A stretch of 63,322 nucleotides of DNA, filler included, from Squatina squatina (Eukaryota), in NCBI GenBank assembly GCA_031763465.1. It is 3 parts of 2 records of this genome, joined end to end, with 100 filler letters (N's around TTAATTAATTAA, not from the genome) between each part and the next. Parts side by side here need not be neighbours in the genome. Positions count along the whole stretch, not along the records: positions 39,143 to 63,322 come from JARFOE010000001.1; 2 more parts are not named here. The stretch is one strand, 5' to 3'. The translations under genes were made by a program, and so were the position numbers. The notes under the pieces were generated by a model. The model did not search any database. It was not told the DNA's origin and worked only from the letters and a program-made list of their open reading frames with translations. This document shows, piece by piece, positions 49,606 to 62,460 of the stretch (positions are counted from its first letter, which is position 1; the number at the start of each line of letters is the position of its first letter).

Positions 49606-52381
49606 AAATTCGCCCGTTTCTGACTGTAAGGGGCGTACATTTGACTCCACTAATCCTTCTATCTTCACATATCTATAAAAGTTTTTACAGACAGTTTTTA
49701 TGCTTCCTGCCAGCTGAGTCGCATACTCTTTTTTCCAAATCTTAATTAAACCCTTTGTCCTCCTCGGCTGAACTCTAAATTTCTCCCAGTCCTCAGGTTT
49801 GGTGCTTTTTCAGGCCAATTTGTATGCCTCTTCCTTGGATTTGATACTGTCGCTAATGTCCCTTGTTAGCCACGTTTGAGCCACGTTTTCTGCTTTATTT
49901 TTACGCCAGACCGGGATGAACAATTGTTGTAGTACATCCATGTGATCTTTAAATTTTTGCCATTGCATGTCCATGGTCTACTCTTTAAGTATCATTCGCC
50001 AGTATTGCCGAGAAAATTCACGTCTCATACAATCAAAGTTAGCTTTCTTTACGTTCAGAACCATTGTCTCTGAATTACCTATGTGACTCGACATCCAAAT
50101 GAAGTATTCTACCATATTATGGTCACTCTTGCCCAAGGGGCCTCACACAATAAGATTGCGAACTAATCCTTCCTCGTTACGCAATGCCCAGTCTAGGAAG
50201 GCATGCTCCCTCGTTGGTTCCTCGACATATTGGTTTGGAAAACAATCCTGTATGCACTCCAGAATATCCTCATCCACAGTGCCGTTACCAATTTGGTTAG
50301 TCCAATCTATATGTAGATTAAAGTCAGCCATGATAACTGTTGTACCTTTATTGCACACCTCCCTAATTTCCTGGTTGATTCCATCCCCAAACTCACTACT
50401 ACTGTTTCGTGGCCTGCACACAACTCCCATTGGCGTTTTCTGCCGATTAGTGTTTCTCAGCTCTACCCATAAAGATTCCACCTCATCCAAGCTTCGTACT
50501 ATTGAGTGAATGTCCTCTCTAACCAGCAACATTACCCCACCTCATTTAGCGTACAGTCTATCCTTCCGGAATATTGAATACTCCTGGATGTTGAGCTCAC
50601 AGCCTTGGTCACCCTGGAGCCATGTCTCCGTGGTCCCAACAATTTCCCATCCGATAACAAATTTCTGCCCAGTTAATTCGGCTATCTTATTTTCAATTAA
50701 GACACAAAGTCTTCAGGCTGGTTTTTATAATATTCTTAGCAGTTATAGAATCATGTTGTAAATGGCCCTTTTAGATTTTTGCCCTTGATTTTCCTGCCTT
50801 CCACTTTTACTTTTCTCCTGACTAGCTTTTGCTTATTCCCACATTTTAGCTCCCTGTGTCTCCCTGCACTTGTTCCCATACCCCTGCCATATTAGTTTAA
50901 ACTCTCCCCAAAAGCACTAGCAAACACTCCACCCTAGACATTGTTTCCAGTCCTGCCCAGGGGCAGACCGTCCGGTTTGTACTGCTCCCACATCCCAAAG
51001 AAACGGTTCCAGTGTCCCAGGAATTTGAATGCCTCCTGCTTGCACCATTTCTCAAGCCACATATTCCTCTGAATAATCCTCCTATTTCTCCTCTGACTTG
51101 CATGTGGCACTGGTAGTAATCCAGTGATTATTACCTTTTGTGGTCCTACTTTTTAATGTATCTCCTAACTCCCGAAATTCATCTTGTTGGACCCCATCCC
51201 GCTTTTTCTCAATATTGTTGGTACCTATGTGTACCAGGACAACTGGATGTTCACCCGACCCCTCCAGAATTCCCTGCAGTCGCTCCGAGACATCCTTGAC
51301 CCTTGCAGCAGGAAGCAACATACCATCCTGGAGCGTCGTTTGTGGCCACAGAAAGGCCCAGCTATTCCCCTTACAATTAAATCCCCTACCACTACAGCTC
51401 TCCCAGTCTATTGTCTACCCCACCCCCACCCCCGCCACCCTGTGCAGCAGGGCCACCCATGGGGCGGTGAGCTTGGCTTCTCCTACATTTCTCAGATGAG
51501 CCATCTCCCCAACAGTATGCAAAGCGGTATATCTGTTTTAGAGGGCGATGAACGCAGGGGACTCCTGCACTACCTGCATTCCCCTGTGCTGCCCAGACGT
51601 CACCCATTGCCCTTCTGCCTGTGTAAACTTTATCTGTGGTGTGACCAACTCACTAAACGTGCTATCAGCGACGTCCTCAGCATTCCGGATGGTCCAGAGT
51701 GAATGCCACCGCAACTCCAGCCTCTCAATATGGTCTGTCATGAGCTGCAGCTGGATACATTTCCTGCACAGAGAATGCTCAGGGACACTGGAAGTCTCCC
51801 TGACTTCCCACATAGTGCAGCAAGTGCATAACACCAGGCCGATCTGTGCTTCTTCTGACTTACCCATAAATTAAATCAAATCCAATCCTAACATAAAAAA
51901 AAAATCTTAATCTTTTAAACTGAACCCTTAGCTTAAAGTACTAACACAAATAAACATCTGGGCTAACTCACCAATCAGTTGTGTCACTTTTTGCAATGTG
52001 CCATTGCTCTGGAACGCTGCCCTCTCTCTATGAAATGGGCTCGCCTCTGAAAACAAAAGACCAACCTTTTAAACGCACTTATCGGCAGCCTCTGTCTCCA
52101 CTCCGCTCCCTCCTCTCAGTGGGCCTCTGAAAACAAAAGACCGCCCTTTTAAACACACTTATCGGCAGTTTCTGTCTCCGCTCCGGTCCAGTCTCTCAGT
52201 GGGCCTTTTGAAAACAAAAGACCGCCCTTTTTAATGCAGTTATCGGCAGCCTCTGTCTCCGCTCCGCTCCCCCCTCACAGTGGGCCTCTGAAAACAAAAT
52301 CCCGCGCTTTTTAAAACTCTTACCGGCAGCCTCTGTCTCCGCTCTGCTCCCGCCTCTCAGTTGGCCTCTGAAAACAAAAGA
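49606..52381 (-). mobile_element. CR1 LINE 5' half: 5'UTR, ORF1 (zinc finger/coiled coil plus SGNH esterase, ~51867-50892, frameshifted) and ORF2 APE endonuclease; 3'-truncated
   Basis: ORF 51538..51867 has CxxCxMWE...CRKCxQL. ORF 51082..51321 has esterase-like ARVKDVSERL...VLVHIGTNN. ORF 50143..50532 has endonuclease-like ESLWVEL...GVVCRP...MADFN...QYVEEPTREHAFLD. Confidence 0.93.
52043..52381 (-). repeat. ~80-bp tandem monomer array (4+ copies) at the 5' end of a CR1 LINE
   Basis: GCCTCTGAAAACAAAAGA-like starts at 52043, 52123, 52203, 52284 and 52363, with TTATCGGCAGCCTCTGTCTCCGCTCCGCTCCC-like text in each full unit. Confidence 0.93.
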
Positions 52382-52597
52382 CGATGGATATTCAAACTAT
52401 ACGAGTGGTAACTGATAATTTGAATGGAGTTGAAAGTGTTCCTTCAGTGGGCATCTGCACTTACACTAGTGCTGGCCATGTTCCTCTGTTACTGGAGGTA
52501 ACTAAACTTACACTACTAGTGATCGCTCTTATCCTGTACTCGTGATAGTTACAGTTACATGAGAGGAATCATTCTCCTCAAGCACGAGTCTTTCCTT

Positions 52598-53195
52598 TTC
52601 GTTCCTGGGATGCTGGCTTCGCTGGCAAGGCCAGAATTTATTGCCTATCCCGAGTTGCCCTTGAGAAGCTGGTGATGAGCCACATTCTTGAACCACTGCA
52701 GGTATTCTGGTGATGGAACTCCCACAGTGCAGTTAGGGAGGAAGTTCCAGGATTTTGATCCAGTGATGATGAAGGAACGGCGATAGACTTCCAAGTCAGG
52801 AAAGCATGTGACTTGGAGGGGAACTTGGAGATGGTGCTGTTCCCATGCACCTGCTGCTCCAGTCCTCGAAGGTAGACGTCGTCGGTTTGGGAGGTGCTGC
52901 CGAAGAAGCCTTGGTGAGGTGCTGCAGTACTCTCTCCAGCCACAGTGCCCTGGTGGTGCGTGGAGTGAATGCTGAAGGTCATGGAAGGGATGCTGCACAC
53001 GCGGATTGCTTTGTCGTGGATGGTGCCAAAATTATTGAGTGTTCTTGCAGCTGCACTCATCCCGGAAAGTGGAGACTATTCATCCTGCTCCTGACAAATG
53101 CCCTGCAGATGGCGGAAATGCTTTGGAGAGTAAGGAGGTGAGACACTCACCGCAGGATACCGAGCTACTTAGCTGCTCTTCTCACCACAGTGTTT
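52598..53195 (-). mobile_element. CR1-superfamily LINE 3' end (second family)
   Basis: ORF 52645..52998 ends RSFIITGSKSWNFLPN...FKNVAHHQLLKGN; homologous to 19096-19380. Confidence 0.82.
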
Positions 53196-53209
53196 AGGCA
53201 GCGAGAGTC

Positions 53210-54250
53210 AGGGTAATAGCACGTGCAGCAATTAACAGATTTTACTAATAGTCGTTACAGAGACGTGGCTGCAAATTGGCCAGGCTTGGGTATTAAATAT
53301 TCCAGGACACTTGACGGTTATATGAAACCGGCAAAATGAAGACGAGGTGTTGCATCTCTGATTTTGAGGAATTCAGTAAAGACGATGGAGAGGAATGAAC
53401 TAAGCTCCGAAAATCAAGGACTACATTCAGTTTTATTCAGAACCAATCAACAACGGCAGGCGGAAAACATTGGCGGGAGTTCTTTGTAGTCCCTGAAATG
53501 TAGGGATGTGCAGAAATCAGGACATTAGAAAGTCATGTATTTGGGGTAATACAGTACACAGGGTGGATTTTAATCTATACATAGACTTGGCAAACCGAAG
53601 TTGCAGTTCTTGTGTGAAGCACAAAGCATTATTGAGAAAAATGAAGCTGGACACATTAATGGAACTGAAAGCCAATTAATCCCCAGCAACTGATGGCACA
53701 TCTCCCAGGTTTTGGAAGATGTGGCTATGGAAATAGAGGATGCAATGGGTGTCATCTTCCAAAATTCCGTAGGTTCTCGAATGTTGCTGTGGATTTGAAG
53801 GTAAGTAATCTAACCACAGTATTTACGAAATGGAGAGAGAGAGAGAGGGGGAACATGCCACCTAGACGGAAATCAGTCGTAGGGAAATGTTGGAGTCCAT
53901 TATTAAGGATGCTTAAGAAGGCACTTAAAAAGAAGAATAAGATTGGGCAGTCAACTTGCATTTATGGAAGAAAATATATGGTTGAGCGAACCTGTTGGGG
54001 TTTTTGAACTTTGCAACGAGCAGATTAGCTCAGGGTGGCCAGTTGATTTTTAATATTTGGATTTTCAAAAGGCATTCGATAAGCTGCCATTCAAAAGTGT
54101 ATTAAACTGAATTTGGGCTCTTCGGATTGGCGATAATATATAGGCATGGATTGTGGAATGGTGAGAGAGTAAGAGTACTTGGGTCTGTTTAGGATTGGCA
54201 GACTGTAAATACTGGGATGCGACACGGATCGGTTCTTGGGTCTCAGCTGT
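53210..54250 (+). mobile_element. Highly degenerate CR1 ORF2 (endonuclease and RT pieces, internally deleted)
   Basis: Remnants of VTETWL, KSVVGKCW and DFQKAFDK motifs with many frameshifts. Confidence 0.75.
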
Positions 54251-55046
54251 TCACAATAAGGGGGCTGAATTTGAGGCCTCTCGAAGTGCTTCCAAAATGC
54301 TCACGCACCTGACAGATCAATCCCTCCATAGCAAGAGCAGCACTGCCGGGGCGATGCCTGTGAAGGTTTTGGCTATTTCCCCAAGTAATTGCCAGCAGCT
54401 ACATAAGAAAAGATGTTGTTAGATCGAAGCAGGCGTAGTGCATTCATTCTTTGTGGAGAAGACTCACAAGAGAAGGTAATTGAAAACTGAGATGGTTTTA
54501 ATGCAAGTAAAGCAATCTAGTGCAAAGACGGATTGAAATGTTTCTGCACTTTATTTTGTTGGTGAAAACGGAGCTGTTTTAGCTGTAAATATTTTCTGGT
54601 GGTTAGAAGGACTAATTGAATTATTTCACAACTTAGTTTCTTAGGTACTTCATTGATTTTCTACATTCTTTTGAGGATTCTATTAACTTGAAAGAGAAAC
54701 TTTCGTTTTGGACAAGTTCAGCATATTATTCAATTAAATTGCCTGTTGTCTTGTATCTTCAATATCCTTTGGTGCAGAGCCTATTGTTTAAAATAATTAT
54801 CCCTGAATATCTGAATATATTAAATCTTCACTTGTGTGACGCTGTGTATAATTTGTTTAACGGAAGATGCTAAAAACTTTTTGAAAATTCTTAATAAATG
54901 ATCTGGGCCGTGATATTTATCAGGGGGTGTGACGGGTGGTGACCCGATACCACCTGTTTCAATCCACTACCCAATGACAATTTCTACCATCACTATATCA
55001 AAATAACTTTTATAATGATTTCCATTTTAGAACACCCATACTGTAT

Positions 55047-55596
55047 CTAATTAAAGAGGAAGCCTGTGAGAGCCACGGATTCCCAGGAGTCAGTGGTGAT
55101 GCTGCATATCTTCAATGAGGCCTTGAGGACATCCTCAATAAATTTTCTTCTGCCCTCCTCGAAGACGTATACCATGGCGGAGTTTGGAATAAAGAGCTTG
55201 TTTCGGGAGTCTTGTATCTGACCTGCGGACGACATGACCGGCCAATTGCTGTTGATTGTGAGTTACCAGTGCCTCAGTGCTGGGGATGTTGGCCTGGGGG
55301 AGGCCGTGATTGGTGCTGCGTTTGTTCTGCCAGTTTATTTGCAGGATTTTGCGAAGGCAGCATTGGTGGTATTGCTGCAGAAATGTGAGCTGTTTCTGTG
55401 CAGTTCACATGACTCCGATGCACACAGGAGGACGGGTATCACTTCTGCCCTGCAGACCATGAATTGGTGTCTGGTCTGAGGATTTTGTCCTCGAACACTC
55501 TCTCCCTCAGGCGCCACAAGGCTGTGCTCGCACATTGGAGGCAATGCTGGATCTCGTCGTCTATCTCTGCCCTAGCTGAGAGGAGACTCCCGAGTT
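55047..55596 (-). mobile_element. RTE-clade LINE fragment, degenerate
   Basis: VCRAEVIPVLLCASES resembles RTE VYRAVVxxxLLYGSETW, and GRRKFIEDVLKASLKICSITTDSWES resembles the RTE C-terminus. Confidence 0.8.
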
Positions 55597-55645
55597 ATCA
55601 CCAGGGAGGCTGCTTACCATCCTGGAGTCAAATCTGCGGTCGAAA

Positions 55646-55975
55646 TAATGCCTAACTGTTCCCCTTAGAATAGAGCATTTGATCATTCCTCTCCCATTTT
55701 TTTGCCTCTCCTCCTGTGCAGATAAGACAGTCGTGGTAAGGAGACTTGGTTCTTGCTGCCTTCAACTGAAAAGCCATTTCCCCCAACAGTATCCAAAACA
55801 GAAAATCAGTTCGAGAAGGAGATGGCCCGGGAGAGTTCAGTACCACCAGCTTAGCTTTTCTACTCTGCCTGGCATTCAAACATTACCTTTCTGCCTGTGT
55901 ACAATTTACCTACGTTGTAATGGCCTCGTTAAATGTCCTGTCCACGGAGAGCTCGGCTTCGCTGATGCTTGTTGA
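55646..55975 (-). mobile_element. Degenerate CR1 ORF1 fragment
   Basis: Visible similarity to 51360-51680 (CCCCAACAGTATCCAAAAC; CCTTTCTGCCTGTGTA). Confidence 0.7.
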
Positions 55976-57883
55976 AGATGGGGAATATGTAAGGCCTGCC
56001 TTCGCTCAGGCTACCTGCAAAGTATTCGCTTAATATATTCAGTGGGAATGGCAGACTGCTGATTTAGCTCAGGTGGTTCGCGATTGGTACNNNNNNNNNN
56101 NNNNNNNNNNNNNNNNNNNNNNNNNNNNNNNNNNNNNNNNNNNNNNNNNNNNNNNNNNNNNNNNNNNNNNNNNNNNNNNNNNNNNNNNNNCAGAGGCTTT
56201 TATTCCATCTGTCTAGGCTGGATTCAATCCCAAGTTCTAGACGTAAAAACATTTATTTTCCAACCCACTGTGCCACCTAGTCCCTCCATCAGCTGTTTTA
56301 TGAAGTATTACTGGCGTCAGAACTCCAAAGCCACAGAGGAGTTCATGGCCTTTCCATCTGCTCTTTCCAGGTGCAGGAGAATGAATGGAAGTGAGCAGTT
56401 ACAAGAAGTGTGGGGGGGAGGAGGGTGGAAGGGAAGGTGGAAACCCAATACACATGACAAATGGACCATCTCCAGTATGAATATCCATTTATCTTAATAA
56501 GTACAAAAATAAGTATGAAAATGTAAACCTGCGAACAATTTCACTTTTGTCAGGATGTAATGAGAATTAATGGCATGGTAACAATTACCACATGAAATAA
56601 GTTTAGTGCTTAAACTGAAAATTTAATTTAATACTGGGTTAAAGTTAATCATGATGATAGCTTGTTTGTTCCTGTTTGTGTCTTGTTTTAGTCATTGCTA
56701 TAATGCAGGGAGATCTTTTGGAGAAAAAGATTTGCAAGCTGAATTTAGCATCATCAATTTGTTCAGACTGAGCATTTGGTACAAGATAATAGAATGGCTT
56801 TAAATTTAACTGCAAATTCCCTAAAGCCTGGCCTGTAGGATATTTTTGCCATTACTCAAGCAAAACTTCACATGTTATTTTATAGCACATGATCTCCTTC
56901 ATTGCCATTTAATCGCCTAAGCCAAGAATAGCTTTCACTGCCCCAAGGGCAAAATCCTCCATTACCACCTGGTGATAAATGGATCAGCCTAACAGCAACC
57001 AGACTCATTACAACCTTCTAAAGAAAGTCAAATAGGTCCTGTGAAATTAAAGTGTAGACACTTACAAAACCCTATGTGCTGACATGTCCCACACAAAAAT
57101 GTATCTGTTTAATCTGGCAGTTACTTACAAATCCAACTTGTAATAAACATCATCCTATTTATTTTTTGGCCGAGCATGACATACAATTTTCAAGGTTAGT
57201 GGTTAGTAAGACACCAATAAATGAACTTTAAAAAGAAGATTCAAAGCCTCATTATATTAAAGCTGACGCTTCAGTATACCTAAGAGACAGGAGCATTTAT
57301 ATTTTTTGTGAATCTTGTTGTTTATACAGACAGATATGTGTGTTAGGCCATAAGTAACTCAATATGTTGTACAGACCTGACAATTCAACTTCATACATTT
57401 TAATGAATCTAGTTTTGAAATTACATAAGAACAAGCACTTGCAAAGAATGTGAACAATGTTATTACTAATTTGTTTAGAGTTTCAAGCGACCTTCGAGCT
57501 ATGAAATAATTACGACTGCAATTTTCTGTCTGTTATTCGGTTTTATGCCAACTTAATGGCATTTGGAGAAGAGCATTTAGTTGTGTTTGAGTGGCATTTA
57601 TGCTTGTCTAAAAATTCTGACATAGGTTCTGGCAGAATAAAAATGACAATGTGGCCAATTATTATTCGCTACTAACATAGCTAAAAAAGCCTCGCCATCA
57701 TGAATTCAATTGCTGACTGTCCTTTTTTCTACAGGTGGAACTTCTAACTGTGCACTTTGGTAGGAAGCCATGCTCGTTGACAGNNNNNNNNNNNNNNNNN
57801 NNNNNNNNNNNNNNNNNNNNNNNNNNNNNNNNNNNNNNNNNNNNNNNNNNNNNNNNNNNNNNNNNNNNNNNNNNNNNNNNNNN

Positions 57884-58330
57884 ATTCCCTCTCTGACTGC
57901 ACTCTCTTAAGCTGCCGGCTAACCAACTCCATAAACGTACTATCCACAAAGATCTCAGCCTAGCGGATGCACCGCAGTGACTCCAGCCACTGCTCAAGCT
58001 CCAAAACCCGGAGCTCAAGCTACTGCAGCTGGCAACATTTCCTGCACATGTGGTCGTCCAGGACAAGAAAAGTGTCCACGACTTCCCACATGGCACAGGA
58101 TGCGCATTCCACATGGCCAAGCTGCCCTGCCATGCCTTAACTTTATAGATTATAAACTAGAGATTAGACAGTGGAAAATACTCAGCTACCTCCCTTGTAC
58201 CAATGTCACTTTTTTAACTCTGACGTCACACTTTCAAACAGCTGCCAATATTGAGTCGCTGCTGCTGGCTCCTGCTCCTGCCCAGGTCCGCTGCTGCCGC
58301 TGCCGCTGCTCTGTCTGGTGCTTCGCTCTC
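57884..58330 (-). mobile_element. CR1 5' end: GC-rich 5'UTR and ORF1 N-terminus, cut by a gap
   Basis: Minus strand encodes a CASCAMWEV...CRKCCQLQ zinc finger then STFMELV, homologous to 51538-51867. Confidence 0.85.
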
Positions 58331-59530
58331 TGCAGAGGCGCTAATGGAATGTACCCAGAGCTGAATTTCTCCCCCAAACTTTTTCTAGTGGCTGAAGAGT
58401 CGATAAACAGAGGGCATAGATTTAAAGTGGCTGGCAAAAGAACNNNNNNNNNNNNNNNNNNNNNNNNNNNNNNNNNNNNNNNNNNNNNNNNNNNNNNNNN
58501 NNNNNNNNNNNNNNNNNNNNNNNNNNNNNNNNNNNNNNNNNNNTTGCACATGACCTGCCAGCCAACTTGACTATGTTTTATCCTTCTGTTATCTCTAGGG
58601 ATACACATGGCTTCCTTTTGCATTAGGTTAGCTTGAAAAATATTCTATAATTCTTCAAAGTTGGCAATGTTTCTGTCAGTACAGCTGCCCAATTAACCTG
58701 GCTCAAGCCATCTTTCACCTTTGCAAATCTACTTTGTGAAATCTGGTACTAAATAGCATTACATTTTCAGTTCCTTTGATTTGGCATATCCAGTTAAACT
58801 TAATGATATAGTAGTCACAGTTGGCAGGTGTTCCCCTGCATGGAGGGCTGCTGTTCCTTCAGGGTCATGGTTGTTCCTAACCATGTGGTGTAAGCAAACA
58901 ATCATTTATTAAATCTACAAATCTTTCAGCTGCCTTGTCCTCAATACTAGATACATTACCATTGGACCATTGAATGCCTGGGAAATAAAAGTCCCCCAGT
59001 ACACAGACATTCTCTGATTTAGTTGCCCTTGTAATTTGTTGCAAGAGTGCATCATCGTGAGTTCTTCAACCAGGAGGCCTATAATAGGTTCATAGATGTT
59101 AGCACACTTGTTACTGTACCTGAGGTAATAATAAGATGGCAGGTGCAAACTAATTGGTTCAGGAGTGCATTTAAGGATAATATTTAAACCTTGAAATGCA
59201 ATAAAGATATATTAAGCTTACATGAAAAGCTTACTTTTCCTTTTAATTATACAATTAAGCTTAATTATACCAAGGAAAATCTTTATTAAAATATATCTCT
59301 AAAAATTCCTTATAATAATTCAGGTTGCACAATTGTCACATTCACAAATGATCTCAGTTTCAATTGACCTCAGTTTTGTTGTTACACTGTATAACTGAAA
59401 GGTGCAAGATCTTATCACTGTAGAAAAGGAATGACTAATAAATATCAGCAGTATTTGCAAATTCCAACAGTTTAACAAGAATGACCAGTTTTATATAAAG
59501 AACAAAGGGTTTGACTGGTAGACAAGTGCT

Positions 59531-59640
59531 TGTTACATTACAACAGTGACTATACTTCAAATGTACTCCATTGGCTGTAAAGCACTTTGGGACATCCTGA
59601 GGTTGTGAAAAGTGCAATATAAATGCAAGTTCTTTCTTTT
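59531..59640 (+). mobile_element. Deu-domain SINE 3' part
   Basis: ACATTACAACAGTGACTATACTTCAAA...ATATAAATGCAAGTTCTTTCTTT. Confidence 0.8.
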
Positions 59641-61128
59641 GCTGCAAATAGTTTATAATTTAATTCACGAGAACAGCGAATCACTGAGTCTGTGATGAGC
59701 AGGGCTGGGGGAAGTGAATGGACAGCTAAATCTTATAAATGACTAGCTGCTGTATTTATTCTGTGAACTTTTATCCAACAGTACCATAATTTATTACAGC
59801 CTTTTTGCTCTTGTTGACTTCACATCCTTAGTTAGTATGTCACCAATTTAAAATTTGGACCATAAGTTATGACTTTTAGTCTTATGTAACTTGTTTTCTT
59901 TACAGACTGTGAAGTGTATTATTTTGTCGGTGGCACATGAAATTGGACACTTAACAGAAATATACACTTCACTTACCAATGCTAATCTTCCACAGTTAAT
60001 CAGGCTTAAGTAAAACACCCTTGAGCACAGAAGTCTATCTATAAAGCCTGAAAAATGATGCCAATTGCTAAATCTCATTCAAGATCTGAAAAACATATAG
60101 ATGTGAACATTTGAAGATTTGAATGTGAGTAACACAGCTCAATGTTTCAAAATATTTGTAAGAAACATAAGTGATTCCAGATTGAAAGCAAGGAGATTGT
60201 ATGAGTTTGTGCCAAACACAGCATATTTGTTTAATGTCCCTGAAGAACATTGAATTTAAAATGTGCATGCAGCCAGATTCCTAAATAACTACATTATTTA
60301 CATCATTAAACAAATGAGAAACATAGCTTTATGAACAGTAATTCTTAAATGGATAGCTCAACAAGTAATAGCACCTAAAGGCAAATCATAGTAAAATCTG
60401 TAGTAAGTGCAGTTTTATTGCAGTCTCTGCATTATGTAACCAATTGACAGCTTAGCATGAAAAAAACCATCAAACATATAAATTGCTTTGGAAAACCCAT
60501 AGGGAAGTAAACCTTCTGGTGTTCAAATATAATTTTATAAGTACCTCAGTCAACTGAATGTTTGACACAGTTCAACAGTCTAAAGTGTCAAATCTGAAAC
60601 AGATGTGTTTGAATTTTTTTGTCTCGGTAACCTAGCAATTGCATAATCTTGTTCAAAGGCAAATAAGTAAAACCATTGTATCTTCTTTTCAATACAGTAC
60701 TGTTGAGTAAACACATTTGAATAATCATTATATTACAGTGATTCATGAGCTCAAATACTTTTCTTTGCGCTTCCATTTTTTTCTTGCTTTTTTTTCTTTC
60801 ATGTGATATTTAATAGGCTGTAGCGGGACTATACTGAAAAATACCTTGGGGTAGATGTTGCATCACAAAGGCTGCCAGACAGATGCATTGTGAGTTTTTA
60901 GCATACATATAATAGGAACGGCTGATCCTGTTGGATCTTCTGGAAACAGCCAACTTACATTTCAAAGTGAGCTTTATAAATAGATCAGGCCAGCCACTAA
61001 GTGCTCACATAATGCGAAAGAGGAAGAANNNNNNNNNNNNNNNNNNNNNNNNNNNNNNNNNNNNNNNNNNNNNNNNNNNNNNNNNNNNNNNNNNNNNNNN
61101 NNNNNNNNNNNNNNNNNNNNNNNNNNNN

Positions 61129-61377
61129 GCATCATTTCCTTGAATCTGCAGTCAGCTCCTTCAGTCTGAAGTCTTCTCGTCCACTCTGCAGTCAGCGCAT
61201 CGACTCTGCAGTCAGTGCCCCTACACAGCTGTTTGCACCTCCGAACAGTGCCACGCCTGAAAAAAGAAAAATGCTGCTGAATTTCGTGTCCAAATAATGC
61301 CTTTACGGCCTGGCATGATTAAGGCACTAAAAAGTGGTGCAAGGTTTCTTGCGTGGTGCTACCGAATTTCACCCCCC
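61129..61377. mobile_element. MITE-like right end
   Basis: Ends GAATTTCACCCCCC; internal CTGCAGTCAG occurs three times. Confidence 0.5.
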
Positions 61378-62018
61378 ATGTCTTCTTAGTCCAGATAGTC
61401 AGGTGCAAATATGTTTGGTTATGATTCTGAGTAGATTTTCTCTGAGGACCAGGTTTAGAATGGTAAGGGAAACATCATCATTCACGGCCTAGAATTTTGC
61501 ATAACACATGTCTTTCATTTATTTATTGCATATATACTAGAATTGTGGAAAACAGGGATTTTGTTTCCCTTGATGTGACATATGGGGCTTTTAGTTAATT
61601 TGAGAACAGAAAGTTTCTTAAATTCCTAGGATCATTAGTTGCTTCCTCTTGTGTCACATGGATGATAGAGAAACTATTATGCTGCATCATGATCAATTAT
61701 GTCAAGCTGTTCAGCTACAGAATGCACCTGCTGCTTTCATTACATTTTATAATCCATTTTAAGGTTTGAATTGTATCAGAGGATGCATCGCACTCTTACT
61801 TCACAATAGCTGAATTCAAATGGGTGACAATTAGTTTTGGAAAGCAGTTGTCATTTTTATGCTGCTTTTAAAACCTAAAAGGCTTAATCAATTCTCAGAT
61901 CTAATAATTGACTCCCCTACTTTCACATAAGTATGTCGTAATTGAATATGAGTCACTTTGAATTAAAAAAGAAATTTTAAATATAATGTTTGAAAACTTA
62001 TGCTCATGGAAAAATTCA

Positions 62019-62460
62019 GGGGGAGAAATTGGGCTACTTTGTACCTCATGTAAGCACCCCCGGGGGTGCGAACAGGGCACAAATGAGTTTGTGACGGGAC
62101 GCCGCATTGTTAACGACTCCCGCCATATTGGGTGGGAGTTTAGCGGCGGAGCTATGGCATTGCACCCCAATCTCCTGATCGTAATGTCATCATCGTGCAC
62201 ATTGCCCTGTTAGCGCCCACGACCTGAAATATTCTTTCTATTCTTTCACCCCCTGCAGCTGCACCGGGCGATAACAGCAACAGCTACAGGGGACAAGTAT
62301 CGGGTGGCCAGCCGCTACCGGGGTGCAAATTAAAGGGGAGGTGGCCAACTTATCTTTTTGTTGCCGGTCCTAATGCGGTTTCTTCGCGAGGTCATGGCCG
62401 CGATTGTTCAGCCTAGCACTCTGCTTGAGCACCAGGCTGATCGCACAGCAGCCCTGCTTC
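62019..62460. mobile_element. GC-rich MITE-like element, cut by a gap
   Basis: GGGGGAGAAATT terminus, GCACCCCCGGGGGTGC hairpin and TTAAAGGGGAGG motif at about 62330. Confidence 0.68.

Noticed and set aside
51082-51321. Host GDSL/SGNH esterase gene
   Set aside because: It is the known esterase domain of CR1 ORF1, frameshifted and colinear with ORF2.
54423-54476. Short AG...GT exon candidate
   Set aside because: Weak polypyrimidine tract, unrecognised peptide, and embedded among repeats.
57977-58570. Longest ORF in the track (197 aa)
   Set aside because: It is antisense to a CR1 5' end and extended through an N gap.
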